Positions 1 to 13,545 are shown, counted from the stretch's first letter. The stretch is 64,000 nucleotides of DNA from Oopsacas minuta (GCA_024704765.1 JAKMXF010000016.1:34292-98291), one strand, 5' to 3'. Notes: generated from the sequence alone by a model not told the origin. Numbers and translations: made by a program.

Positions 1-1236
1 GATCTTGTTTTAACTTAGGAGGCTTTTCTTTCTTTGGAGCCAAAGGACTGATACATTCATCACTTTCGGCCATATTCTATTTATTTAATTGTTAATTTGT
101 CGCTAGGGGAGTGAGGTGACGTATCAGAGTTAGATGCACTAAGAGGGCAATTTGGAAGCTAATTCCTGTCAGCGTTCCATGACCCGAACGGACAGATATA
201 ATTTCGGGTAGAATAGTGTCATGGAACGCTGACCGGTTTAATAGGACACTGAGATTTGTGTATTTAACCTCACTGTAAAAATGTATTACCACAGAAGTAT
301 AACACCATTATCTGAAGTTATTATCTACACAAATTTGTTGACTGTTTTACTAAACTTACACTCAATATTGTTATTACTAGCTATGGTAAACAATACATAC
401 TATTGAGTCACTATAGGATATACTTCACACTTTCACAACTAAAAGATGGGAGAATGTTATTTATTATCGTAACATAGCAACAAGTTGTCATATATGGAAT
501 GTGTAAATGGTACGGTTAAGCGAAGTAATTATTTATCATATTGATTTCTTATTTTAACACATTTTTGTGCATCAATAAAGTCTTTTTCATCGAAATTATC
601 ATTTCCAGCTTAAAAGTAATTTATCCCGCATTTACCCGCCTAATTTGCATTCTTCTATGTACATATTCACGCGCGTAAATTTAACTCACCTTTTTCTTCT
701 TAATTGAATCACACCACTATATTTCATCTCCTTTTTCGACCCCTTGCACGCTTGCATAATAAACACTTTTGGAATACCAAGTAAGTTCTCGTTACCCAAG
801 GGTCCAAACAAGTTTTCTTAAGAACTTCAATCAAAACTTATTTACAAAAACAAGACTGAGTATATATACACAAAATGCTAATATCAATAAATAACGACAA
901 ATAATCAGCCAACTTTCCAACTTCTTAGCTTTTGACACCTAAAAATATTATTAATTGAGCATTTGTAGTGAAATTTCCATATTGTTATTATTTAATTTAT
1001 CATATTTTCACACCTTTACAGAAGGTGATTAAATCGAAGTAATACTTGGACCAATTTTAGTGTAGCTCCTAAAGGGAGATGCCCGAATGGCATCGACGAT
1101 GAGCGACCTCCTTACATACGTCCACATGAATCATATTTCACACCTTTCTATGTACATCAAAAGACGCTATAGATTAGTTTTCAACATGTTGTCAAGGATC
1201 AGTGCCATTGTCCAATTTATGGTACCAATTTCAATA

Positions 1237-1731
1237 CAGTGAAACCTCTGGAATCGGGGCATGCGGGATACTGGGAAAATTTCTGACGCCCTGATTGTGG
1301 AAATTCCCCGATTCTAGATTTCAGTGTGGTATTGTGTCAAAATCACCATTTTTCGTATATATGTAGTCATATTATGTCACACTATTGTTTCGTATTGCTA
1401 GTCACACTGTAACGTTAAAATATTTAATTCTGCTACATATTTACCCTCAGAGGCGGATTGAGTTGATTTCTTGTTCACTTACGTAGCATTTATATTGTGT
1501 TTGATTCGATAGTTATTGCGAAAATAAGAATTTATTGAGTTGATTTCAGTATTGATGCCCCGATTGCGTAGGGATTTTAGTATTAGTTCTATGCAAGCTG
1601 AAAGAATTGGATTTTCAGGATTTCCCCGATTCCAGAGGTTCATTTGTATGGGAAATATTTTCGCGAAATTCAAGTGCCCCGATTTCAGAGGTTCCCCGAT
1701 TCCAGAGACCCCGATTCCAGAGGTTTCACTG
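1237..1731. mobile_element. Tc1/mariner-pogo-type MITE
   Basis: Perfect 23-bp TIR CAGTGAAACCTCTGGAATCGGGG (1237-1259) / CCCCGATTCCAGAGGTTTCACTG (1709-1731). TA on both sides; internal CCCCGATT repeats; no transposase ORF. Confidence 0.9.
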
Positions 1732-3055
1732 TATACGGAGGATAGCAATCTGAAATTAATATAGTACTCGCATTAACGCTAACGAATTCCTCAACGGTTA
1801 AGTAACTTACTTTCATGTTTTTTTCCTTCACTGGAATATGTAGGAATTTCGTCAGGGTAGAATGGTATGTTGGGGTCTCAGTCACCCTCACTTCAGTAAT
1901 TTCCTTACCTTTTTCTTGATCCTCTTTTGCATCATCAGATATCTCCCGATGACTGTTTAAAACCCAAAACGTACAGACGGTTACAACTTCCACGAAGTGT
2001 AGATTTCTATATTTTTGCATCGTCACGCATTTGTATAGAATTTCTAAGAGCCATGAGCCTTGTTCCTCACTCCTAAACGACACGTACCCTTCCGTTGTCG
2101 AGTAGATCATCAGGAAATCGCTCTGCTTCGTTGCGAATTGTATCGTTTCTTCTTCTTGCATGTCATCAACACCACTGAACGCTTCCTCACGTTTTTTTCC
2201 TCTGCATGCTTGTATAATGAACACCTTAGGAATGCCCATTAATCTGTGGTTTTGCGCCAAGATGTTGGCTAACGTTTGCACTGTTGTTTGGTTGTTAATA
2301 ACCGCCTCTTGTAGCTTTCCTTGCTTCCCACCGTGTGTAGCTATTGACACGAATACTACCGGGCAATTTTGCTTCACATTATCAGCAAACTCTTGTACTA
2401 TTTTCTCCATTCTCTCTACCTCTTTATAATTCTTATCCTCTACTACCTTTATTTCATTTATCTCCTCATAGTTCTTATCCTCTAGCTCCTCAGTTTCTTG
2501 CTTGCTTACTATTTTCCGTCCTTTCTCCGTTACTTTTGCATCTTCGGTAGTTTTTTCTTCTACTGGCAGTTGATTAAAATATGATTGACAGTCTATGCCA
2601 TAACATTTGTATATCCCTTTAAGATACTTTAAGTCCTCATCTGCTCCCTTCCTCTCTTTGTCCACCATTTTGCAGAAACGATCCTTTTTATTTTTCGAAT
2701 CATGAACCTTTATCCAGAAATCTTTGTTTACAATTATTATGCCTTCACCTCTACCCTTTTTTTCGAAAGGGTAGTTCAGTTCATCCTCACATTCTCTGCA
2801 AACTATAGAATGAATAAATGATAATTCAACATCACAATATTTTTTGGAATAGACAAAATCTATCCCCATAGAGTTAATGTTATTTCTACTGCATATGCTT
2901 TGTTCCCTTATCTCATTATCACTAGCATATTAAAACAGAAACAACTTACTTGGGCGAATGTGATACATCACTTCACCATCTTGCAGAGTTTTTCCCTTAA
3001 GATCCTTTGTTACTTCAGTGTATTTTGAAGTGTCTTCCGACGTGTCTACTGCCAT
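1685..3055 (-). CDS. Caspase (clan CD cysteine protease), short prodomain
   Basis: ORF 1685-2869 has RKGADED, SIATHGG (catalytic His), IIQACRG (catalytic Cys), SDFLMIYST and SFRSEEQGSWL. Probable first exon from ATG 3055 with a GTAAGT donor at 2949 (acceptor uncertain). A GTAAGT donor at 1810 suggests the true 3' end is spliced, with the ORF reading through into the MITE. Confidence 0.9.
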
Positions 3056-4296
3056 TCTTCAGAAATTTGCTAAAAACAGTTAGACATATATAACCATCAA
3101 GCATGCTTATGTTTAACAATACATATATTCTTACAGCTTATATTACTGAAACTTGTTCATTATTTGAGAATTTTGAATAATTCGTCAGAAATTATTTTTC
3201 TGATATCTACCTGATTCCACCAATTTGTTACGTATTGTATTTGTAAATTTGTGGAGCGAACCTGGAGCGCGCACCATCTTTGAAGGAGCGAACACACTGG
3301 AGCGGGGTCCTATTTAATTGCAAACAATTTACAAATTCATCGCTATTTCTGCATAAAATTCAATATTTTTGCTATAAAAATGGATACTGTGACACTTTTG
3401 TATAATTCACAATTTATTCAAATGGTTTGACGTTACACATTTAGTTAAATTCAATCCTAATTAATACAAATCTGATGTAAATCTGAAAGAATGAAAAAGG
3501 ACCGCGATTGGAGCGAGACGCGGAGCAAGACCGCGCTCCAAAAAATAAGAAGCGTTTAATGTTCTGTGTATTTGTAAAATTAGAATATCATGTCCTATTT
3601 ATGGAAATTCTATGATCTTCTAGATCTATCCCTGATACCCATCATGTACCATGTGATTATTTCACACCTTATCTCTATTTGCTAATTATTTGCAAATTCA
3701 AGAAAATTAGCATATTATTTACACAGAAATATGCTAACGATAATTTGCTAATTTCTGCAATAAGAGAGTATAGCTATTACTGATTGTCTTGCAATATTAT
3801 GTGTTACATTCATTGGAATTTTGTATTATATCTTTCTTCCAAAATTGCTAATTTATGCCAGAAATTTCTTAATAGAATAGTTATTTGATTATTGGGGAGG
3901 TAGTACTGATGTTGTGTAGCCTTAAGGACGCTTTCCACAAATAGTGTCAAAGCGTTTACCTTTCAGATTAAGTATGTATATGCTAAAGAATAAAATACAA
4001 AACAGTACAAGAAAATTATGTTCAAGTTACTTCTAATTCGTAGTGAATAAATGGGTCTTTAAGTGTTTCTTTGCCCCCCATAGAATGACTAAAATGTAAG
4101 ATCGAAAATCATTTAATGGTTAAACAGTCTTACAAACCTTCATTTGCCCCCCTTACATAAAATTCTGAAAGAAACCCTGCACCGTATAATTATACATATA
4201 TATATATATTGTATTTTCTTGAATAATCGCCGCCCTGAGGGGATAATCATTTCATTGCGCAACTGTGTTCCCCTTCCCTCTATCGATTTAAATGCT

Positions 4297-4297
<1 letters not shown>

Positions 4298-4343
<46 letters not shown>
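4298..4343. repeat. (ATT)n microsatellite
   Basis: About 15 uninterrupted TAT/ATT units. Confidence 0.95.
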
Positions 4344-4809
4344 GTTCACAGTAACCCAACTAACTTCTCAGACTGTATTAACCTCAATACAATCACCATC
4401 ATTAGTTGTTGGTTGTACAGTTTGAATTACTTAATACTGTATCATCAGATCATGTATATATTCCATCTCCATCTATATCATTCAATCCTATCCAAAGTTA
4501 TTACTCATGATAATTGTGTATAAGTAATTATTCTCTCTCTCAGTAATACTAGTCAAGTCACCACCCCATACAGCACAACTAGATTGAGCATCTAACCAGT
4601 TGATTCAATCACTCACTTCATATAATCGATAACATGATCCTTTTAGATGAGATCACATCCTTGGGAGTTAAATATTCACAAATATTGAAGCTATAACTTG
4701 AGAATCAGTATTTCTTGAAAATAATGGAATTGAAGTTATACTTGTATTTCTCAGTTTTTCCCCCTTTTAGCATGTATTATCTTCAGGCGTTATGTTTCGT
4801 GTTTAATTG

Positions 4810-4965
4810 TAAAACCCTACAATCTGATTGAGCCAAATACAGAGGTGTCAATAGGTGTGAAAAATTTCAAATGTCAGGTGCACAACTAGATAGTACTTCG
4901 AGTACACATGCCAAATTTGGTGCCTTAATATTTAAGGTATGAACAGCAGAGCGAAAAATGTATAT
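4810..4965 (+). repeat. Dispersed ~150-200 bp repeat family (AATCTGATT...AGGTGTGAA...AAATTTGGTG...GAACAGCAGAGC), copy 1
   Basis: Alignable by eye with copies at ~10865-11010 (-), ~32030-32195 (+) and ~36870-37005 (-). Confidence 0.75.
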
Positions 4966-5672
4966 ACACTAAGTCAACCATTTTATAACTGAGCCACAAT
5001 AGTTTAGTCGGCACAGTAAAATTGGATAATTACTTTTCTTTTCACAAACATTCTTATTCTAATCAACTCTATAATGAGGTAGGTAACTATGTAGGAGATT
5101 TCGGTGATTCTCAAAGCAGATTACTTTATGCAATTTTACATACTTCAAAATTGAGTCATTTATGATCCAGTTCATAGACTTCTATAACTCAACTGTCTTG
5201 CAAAATGGAAATACTTTGTGGAAGATATCCCCGGTTTGTTGATTCGTCTCTACTCATTTTACCATTTCATGCTGTTCAGCTACTATTAGACAGTTTAATT
5301 TATCCAAATAGTTGGGGGTTGTCTTATCCATGAACTTCATAATTCAATTTTAAGCTATTTCATTACATTCCAGAATCACTCGCACTCTTGCATTGGAATT
5401 ATAGTGGGTATATTTCTGCTGTAATAATGTGGATCATAATATCTTATTACACATATTTTGTAGATTAAGATAATCTACAAAATTGGGAAAGAATTACTAG
5501 AGATGGTATCTGTGTGTGAACCTAACACACGGATACCATGCCAAACTCTTCTAATATCAAATTTCAAACCATTAATGTATTGCAATGTACTCCAAGGACA
5601 TATCAAATTGTATTACTATATAATGAAATGAGTATATATTTGCATAAATTTGAATCTAAGCTGTAAAGAAAT

Positions 5673-8600
5673 ATGAAATCTTTCAGTTATAAAATTGGTT
5701 TATTCCTAGCTATAATTGGCTTATTGGTTCGAATCAAATCAGGTAAGTATTTAGAAATTATCTACGAATATTAGTAATGTATTTGACTTTTAGTTAACAT
5801 GAATAATCAGTTAATTATTCACATATTTGAATGTATTTGTTTCAAGCTCACATTCTAGAACTCTCATTTACATTCGATGATACTAACTTCGCTTACTTCA
5901 CGCTCCCGGGAAATTTTATCAATTGGCCGGAAGCTGAAGCAAGCTGCATAAATTGGGGAGGATATCTTGCTACAATCAAGTCAGAACAAGTGGATAGCTT
6001 ATTGTACTATACTCCAGAAGATATACAGATACATTTTGGATGTTTTTTAGGTCTGAATGATATGGAGAATGAAGCTGGTACTATTGCTAGTGCATTTGTA
6101 TGGGTAGATGGTAGTAACAGTAGTTATAGAAAGTTTGGTAATACTCCTGGCACGGACATATATCCATCGGATCAGATCCAGATGACAATAATGATTGTGT
6201 TAGGTTCAGGTACAAGAGTGGGACTGTGATATCAAACGGATGAATAAATGGACCTTGTGCCCTAGGTAGAAACTGTTACTTCTGCAATAAACCTGGTGAG
6301 TTATTAATAATGAATAATTTGTATGAATACGTTAGAATGCAAATATCTTAACTCTATATTACTGTAGTATAGTAGAGTCTCTGAATAACAGATACGTTGG
6401 AGACATCTCTTCTGTCCGCTTCATTCTGTTCCAGGAGGTTTGTCTGTTGTAGAGGGATTGCCCGTTTTGGGAGAGTCCACTGTATTAGTGAATAATAGCA
6501 ATTACATAGGTGTATGAGGAAGGTCAAATGGGTATTAGCAACAAGTAGAATGTTGAATGAATTATTGAGGGACTTTATCTCCGTAACTTCATTTGAGTTA
6601 AATTAATTAATACACGTCACTGTAAACTTTGACTAATAAATAGTCAAATTTCATTTTACAAATACCTTGTATATCACGTAGCTATACTATCGTACAGTTT
6701 TTGTGGATCAGCTGTTCTATGTTCGAGGAAAGGTCATTTTTCGGAGTAATCAAAGTCACCTTTTGGAATGAGGGTATGGGGTTTTGTATTGCAAAAAAGC
6801 TGTACTATACTATTAGCTCAGCTATATATCAAGAATCTCTTCATTTTATATATTTTTCAGCAACACCCAGTGCATGTGATCTGATCTATAATGAATCTTG
6901 CTATCGATTATATGAAGTGAGTGATGGAATCAACTGGTTAGATGCTCAATCTAGTTGTGCTGTATTGGGTGGTGACTTGACTAGTATTACTGAGAGAGAG
7001 AATAATTACTTATACACAATTATCCCTGATGCAGTGAGTAATTGCTGGATAGGATTGAATGATAGAGATACCAATAATGGATCATACACATGGATTGATA
7101 ATTCAACATCTAATTTTACAAACTGGGCAGGTAGTACACCGAGTGCTGGCGATGAAGATTGTGTAGACATAACAAGATCTGGAGCTGGTAATTGGGAAAC
7201 TGTGGACTGTGAAACAACAACGATAAATGCTTTTCTATGTAAAAGATCTTCAGACGTAACAACAGGTCAGTACATATTCATACTACTTCCTTGGACAATA
7301 TTTATGTCAATCATATTTAGATACCAGTTTTGGTGTACTTATCAATGAAGGTTTAGACTTTCAATCTATGAGTGGGAACAGATTCTTGTACGAATCTTTG
7401 ACGTTAGCGTGTGGAGGAGACGAGGGTAATGCAATTATATGGAAATTTTCAGAAAAATTCAGATTTATCAAATAGTGAAGAGCTTACAGCCACATATAAT
7501 AGCACACAAACTGGATTCAGTTGGTTAAACATATATAATACTAGACAAGGTTATTATCAGTGTCAAATAGACGATACAAACAGTTGTACAATTGGATTGT
7601 TCAATCAAACTACAACAAGTAAGTGATAGAATATATCATATAATCATTTACTTGCTAATGTCTCCTTTAGTTGCTATTCCAGGGACTACATACACATATA
7701 CAGTAGGTATAGACAGAGAGGATGTATTACTGCTCTGTGATCCTATGGATAGTAATTATAGCTTGAGTAGCTTGATATGGAGTATAGGAGGAGGAGACAC
7801 ATTGAACAATCCTATAAATATCTTTGAGTAGAGCAGTAACTCAACTGAACAGCCTAGTAATCAATGGACTTGTGATAGTAACGGGATTGCGATCCAGTTG
7901 AATACAGTAAATATATATAGTAAGTGTATATTCCTAATACATAATCATTCTTTGGAAGCCCACAATTTGAAAATTTTTCAGTGTGTTTGTTCACTTATCT
8001 CACATTCAAATGCTCCTATAGCTCCAATGATTACAGTATCTACATCTATATCATATCAACAACACACTACTTTATACCCTGGTGTCAATAATATTTCACT
8101 TCAGATTAGTGTAAGAAATTTCTCCATCTCAACAAATCTACAAGGCAGATGGATACTTCCAAACAACACGAATTCTTCGTCTCAAACTATATCTTATGGA
8201 ACTCTTGATTATGAATACTTTGGACTGTATCAATTCTATACCATGACTTGGGATGGAATTGAAGTGCTTGCGATTCAGGCAGATTTAATTCGAAATGGTG
8301 AGTTCGAAAACGAAATTCTCCACCTGAGTTAACCATATGATATATTAGATGACATTAATTTTAGGTTATTTTGTGACAAGTACAGTTTCAACTTCATCGA
8401 CTGCCATCCAGAATGATTCAACCATTGTACTGAAAGAAGCTACTACAATGATAGAGTGCTCAATTTCAAACTTAGGAGATAGTATACAATGGTATTATAA
8501 GGCTACGAAGGATGATATGGAAATGAACAGAAATTCATCATCAACATTCTCAATTGAAACTGGGATTAGTAGTTTGACTGTGAATTCAATGAAACCGGTT

Positions 8601-10727
8601 ACAATAGCTGTGTGATCGATTCAGATATGGTGTACGCATTCTTTGTAGTGAATACAGATTCTATAGGTAACTCTTAAGTAAATTGACTTATAGGCATTTA
8701 AATTACTCAATATTGTATTTCTAGTTGAAATATCAAGCTTTGATAACCCTTCTCAACAAGTTGATTATATCCTGGGTTCAACCATCTCAATGCTCTATTA
8801 CTCAGATGATATCATCGCAGATAGTGATATCCTTTGGACAACAGACGATGCAGAAGACGGTGATATATTGACGTATAGTGCTGAGTATCAAAATCCAGTC
8901 CTCTTGATTGTAGTATTCAACGACGTGGGAGCCGGTATACATACAGTGAGTTGTTTCTACAGGATGAGTCCAGTAACACTGTTGGGTAGCGTACAGCTAT
9001 CTCTCAAAGGTAAATTGCTTGTTTCGGGTGTCCAACGTCCGCACACATCAGTATATTCTTCAAATTTCAATGGTAGTATTACAATTACATAATCTCTAGA
9101 TACTACAACAATAACAGTCAGCTATGAAGAATTTAGTATGTCATTTAGTGATGTAAACAATCCAATGTTTCCATCTCCACAAGAAATCAGTATAATATTG
9201 GGAACAAAAATATTTCACTCACCTGCAGCCTACCTGAATGTGTTTGGATAATTCCAGGTGGATCAACTATTACCATATCGACCTACATTATATCAGAGTT
9301 AACCTTTGCCAATAGTGGAAACTTTTCGTTGATGCGTGTGACTAGCACTGGAGTCAGCTATACAACAGCTCATGTATTTATACGTGTTTTAATTCCTACT
9401 ACACAATCTCCTGATCCTACTACACAATCTTCTGATCCTACTACACAATCTTCTGATCCTACTACACAATCTCCTGAAGCTATATCACCATTAATATTAC
9501 CCATAATTGTGGTAATAATTGTAATTGTAATAGCTGTAGTTTTGATAATTATTGCGATACTCTCTCTGGTGCTCTGCTGTAGAACGCTGCGAAAAAAATA
9601 CTCAAGAATTGCGTAAAAAACCAGATCCTTCCGATTCTCCAAGTAGGGAACCTAGGTATAAACCTGAAGAGCCTGTAATACAACATACACCATCAGATGA
9701 GTATATTGATCTCTCAGCTATCGAACGTCCTTTGTATAATACTATAGATGAAGAGATGGTTACGTATGGGGGATATTATTCAAATGAGATTTACGACTAT
9801 AATCTAAATGAAAATAACAGTGAATATGTTGATGTCAACAACAACGTTGATGATCAAACTTATAATGCAATTGGAAATTATAAGAGGTCCAATTCTAAAT
9901 TTATTGCTACAAAGAACTTTCCTGCAACATGTCAATTGTTTGTGGAATCTGGAATGGGAGCTAATTCATTATTTTCTGTTGAATCCCAAAATTTGAATAA
10001 GGATACTAATAGCATTGCGCAGCCTGACTGTACTGAAGCTTTGAAAAGGCAAAATGTGCCCAAAACCTCAATCAATAACATGCCATTTGATGAGAATAGA
10101 GTCTTGCTTTCTTCACCACATTTTGACTGCAATTATATCAATGCAAGTTATATAAATGAAAGCAAATTCATTGCAGCTATTCATCCAACTAAAGACAGTT
10201 ATCAAGATTTCTTACAAATGATATATCAAACTGAGGCTAGTATGGTCGTTATGTTGACTACGAGAAAAGATAAAGCAAAAATCGTCAATGGATATTCTAA
10301 TTATGTTTGTTATTGGCCTAAAAAGGATACACCTTTGAACTGTAAACCTTTCGTTTCTAAGTTGATTGCCTCGACAGAAACAACAGCCTTCGTGAAACAA
10401 GAAATCTCGTTGAAGAATAGTATAGAAGGAAAGGATCATTTGTTCACTCACTGTATATCTCCTGTATGGAATGAGGATGGTACTGTTGGTGAAATTTCAT
10501 GCATCATAGCACTATTAATCCGGATTATGAAACAATCACAAGAGACTCCATCTAAGCCAATTATAATACATTGTGATGATGGCATTGCTAAGACTGGCAT
10601 TGTTCTGACGACGATAAATTCTGTGAAAGAAATGACTACGGAGAAGTCGATTAATATCTTCAATACTGTTAAGAACTTGCGTAGACAAAGGATGAACATG
10701 GTCCCTACCTTGGTAAGCTTTTATTGA
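5673..10727 (+). pseudogene. Multi-exon receptor: signal peptide, 2 C-type lectin domains, several Ig-like domains, PTTQSPD repeat stalk, TM, Tyr-rich juxtamembrane region, degenerate PTP domain
   Basis: Signal exon 5673-5742 (MKSFSYKIGLFLAIIGLLVRIKS). CTLD exons ~5859-6295 and ~6861-7266 (WIGLND, DCV, W..VDC). Ig-like exons ~7321-9400. TM 9490-9575. PTP motifs YINASYI, MIYQTEASMVVMLT, YWP, HCDDGIAKTG. Lesions: frameshifts ~6170, ~7452, ~8590, ~9225, ~9595; in-frame TGA 6241 and TAG 7829. Confidence 0.8.
9396..9478 (+). repeat. Coding 21-bp tandem repeat (4 x PTTQS[P/S]D), mucin-like stalk
   Basis: CCTACTACACAATCT(C/T)CTGAT repeated four times just before the TM segment. Confidence 0.9.
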
Positions 10728-10864
10728 TTTTAATGCAGCTATTATAACGAGTTAAGTTTCTAGAAATTCGCTACAGTCAAGTTCGTTTTTGGCGAATGTC
10801 ATATTTCTGCCATGCAAAATACCCAAAATTCGCCTGTTTATACATTTTACTGTGCTGACTAGTT

Positions 10865-11010
10865 ACATTTATATGTTTCCGCTCTGCTGTTCACACCTTT
10901 AGAGATTAAGACACCAAAATGACATTTGTAGAATTTTTAATGTGTATATTTTCACACCTTCTGACACTCTGTATTTTAGCCTAATCAGATTGTAGGGTTT
11001 TACAATTAGG
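10865..11010 (-). repeat. Dispersed repeat family, copy 2
   Basis: Reverse complement of the 4810-4965 motifs (GCTCTGCTGTTCACACCTTT, TTTTCACACCTT, AATCAGATTGTAGGGTTTTACAATT). Confidence 0.7.
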
Positions 11011-13194
11011 CATAAATGCATAAAATTAGTTCTGATGGAGTGTTTGTAATTATTTAGTACTGTAATGTATTTGTATTAATGTAGACTGTAATTCTATTGT
11101 TCAGGATAATGTATATACACTGATTTATCATATGATTAATCATATTTCACAGCTTTTGGTGAACATTTCAGAATTATTTTAGAGATTAGCTTCCACTTGT
11201 TAAATTGGGATAAACATGGACGTAGAATTGGCTTGTATTATATAATTGCAATTGTTGTTTGTCTGTCTGATTGTTCGTTGGCACGGAAAGGATTTATGGA
11301 ATGTCGTATCAAATTCGAATTTCTCAATCATGAGATGTCACATAACTATGTAATTATCGTGTTTATCAAGAAGGTAAACAGAGTTAAATACAACTTGAGT
11401 AAATATATCAAATAATACTAAATCTGATTTCACAAATTTGAATTAATCATATGTATATTTATCGTTGTTTCTGATTATAAAGTAAATATATAATGGAAGA
11501 GCCAAATATTCATACGGCTATACATAGGTATTGTTACGCTGAATCCGAATTTCGCATTTTCAGTTTATCACATGGAAATCTATTGTTGCTTTTATGAATA
11601 TTTAATAAACAAATAGTTGGAGTATTAATTAATTAATTCATTTTGCAATTATATACCTTGCTAATTTCGAGGCACGAGTGTCGAGTACCTTGCAAATACA
11701 AAATCATCGCAAGCCGCATAGCGCCAGCAAACGAAGCTTGTATCTATGAATATTTGGATGTATTTTTCGATATGGATTGGATTATAAATGGAAAGTATCG
11801 ATTGCTGAAGTCTCTATTTTAATTTGCTCAACATTTTAGATTGGATTAGCACCCATCCATTCTATTTATTATTTGAATACAGGAATGGGCGATGTCGGAG
11901 GAGGCGATAGGATTTGCATGCCTTTACAGATATCAAATTAACTCAAATGCTAACAGGAGTAATTGCTCTAATACTTTTAATATTTTGTGATATGTGTCTT
12001 TGTCTGGTTATCGATCTTTTATATGAAAATCATACAGGTCAGTTGCAACAGGCTAGATTAACCTCCCCACACAGTTTAACCCCAGGTATAATCTGGGCTG
12101 GGACAGATTATACTCCCTGCCTTTATTCTGTCATGTGCAAAAGTGTGGGCCATCTGGTATCATCTGTGTATTCATAAAGCCCACCATACAGGATATAACG
12201 ATGATATGTTGCGTTTTCATGCAACGTGTATGATGGTTTTATGAATACATAGATGACATCAGACACACCACTTTGACTCTCATAACTTCATAACCCTTCC
12301 ACAGATTATCCTGAAAATTTCATTCACAACTACAGTATCTCAAGTATAGCTTTCCGTTAATTTATTTATTAACACTTAACACTGAAAACCACGTGACAGT
12401 GACTTTGCAAAAATTCCCAATTTTTACTATTGTTGACTGTGACGTGTTTTTAGTGCTAAGTGTTAATATCGGTGAGTTTTAATAACTTTCCCTGAGAGAT
12501 TATTCCTGTATTTACATATCTTAAGGGATAGTATTTAAGCTAGATGTGTGTAGGTGTAGAATACTCTGCTCCTATATTTATATAATCACATTGTAACACA
12601 ATTTATGTGATTATATCTTCTAATCCTAAATAACCTCTCAAACCCAAGCACGTTCCTGATAACAGTCATAGTTTTGTCTGATTCTAACTAGAATCTTCAG
12701 TTCAAAGTTCAAACTATAATTCAAAATCTCAGGAGTTTCGATGCTTTCAAATTATTTTCCCAAATTCAGAAACCACCTTCTCATTTGTAAGAATGATTTT
12801 CAGACGCGTGGATCCCTACACTTGTCACAAAGCCATTAAACCTATAATGGTATACATATACGTATATTATTCTAGTACTTAGATGGAAACAAAACATATT
12901 GTAGGAACGTTTTGCGAAGATATCTATTCTTGCTTGTATTTTCTGTTCTCTTTGCATGACCAGAAACATTTATTAAAATTATGCGTATACAAAATCTGAA
13001 TTAACGTTTGGGGCCCCTCTGGACATCAGGGCCAAGGTTCAATGAACCACCTGAACCGTTTTGATTGCGCCACGGATTTGACTGTATAGTTCTGTCCGTC
13101 AATTATAAACTTGTATTTTGTATGAATTTCCCTGCTAATAGACGAACATCACTGTAGTAAAATTTATGTAAATATATTCCATATAATCTATATA

Positions 13195-13545
13195 ATGAAA
13201 TGACAATTGTTGTCTGTTTGTTTGTTTGTTTGTTTGTTTGTTTGTTTGTTTGTTTGTTTGTTTGTTTGTTTATTTGTCCGTTGTCAAGGAAAGGATTTAC
13301 GATATGCAATTTGAAATTGTTGCATATGTATTTATCGTGTTTATCAAGGAAGTGAAAAGAAATCAATAAAACTTCACTTTTATATTAATTATATGTTGTT
13401 TTATGAATATAAAATAAACAAATTAGAAATAAATCTATATTATATACTCAAAGGTGCCGTCAATTTCGAGAATAATGGACACCTTGAGGCGCAATGCGCC
13501 GAGTTCATCGCGAAGCGACGAGCCAAAGGCTCGTTATTATGTAAA
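13195..13545 (+). mobile_element. (GTTT)n-containing interspersed repeat (Helentron/HINE-like, tentative)
   Basis: (GTTT)n followed by GTCCGTTGTCAAGGAAAGGATTTA and a GAGTTCATCGCGAAGCGACGAGC tail. Copies at ~26890-27660 (interrupted) and ~57865-58390; degenerate copies ~11230-11760 and ~20660-20740 (-). The superfamily is inferred only from the microsatellite core. Confidence 0.65.

Noticed and set aside
1479-1764. Short ORFs 1479-1748 and 1540-1764
   Set aside because: They lie within a non-autonomous MITE and have no protein motifs.
2922-2949. 28-nt micro-intron in the caspase gene
   Set aside because: The GTAAGT donor is phase 1 but the nearest CTAG acceptor requires phase 2. A more distal acceptor (~2860) fits the frame instead.
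4140-4425. Poly-Asn and poly-Leu ORFs
   Set aside because: Products of the (ATT)n microsatellite.
6241-6243. In-frame TGA as selenocysteine or readthrough
   Set aside because: It replaces a conserved CTLD Trp, and the gene has several other frameshifts and a TAG, so decay is the simpler explanation.
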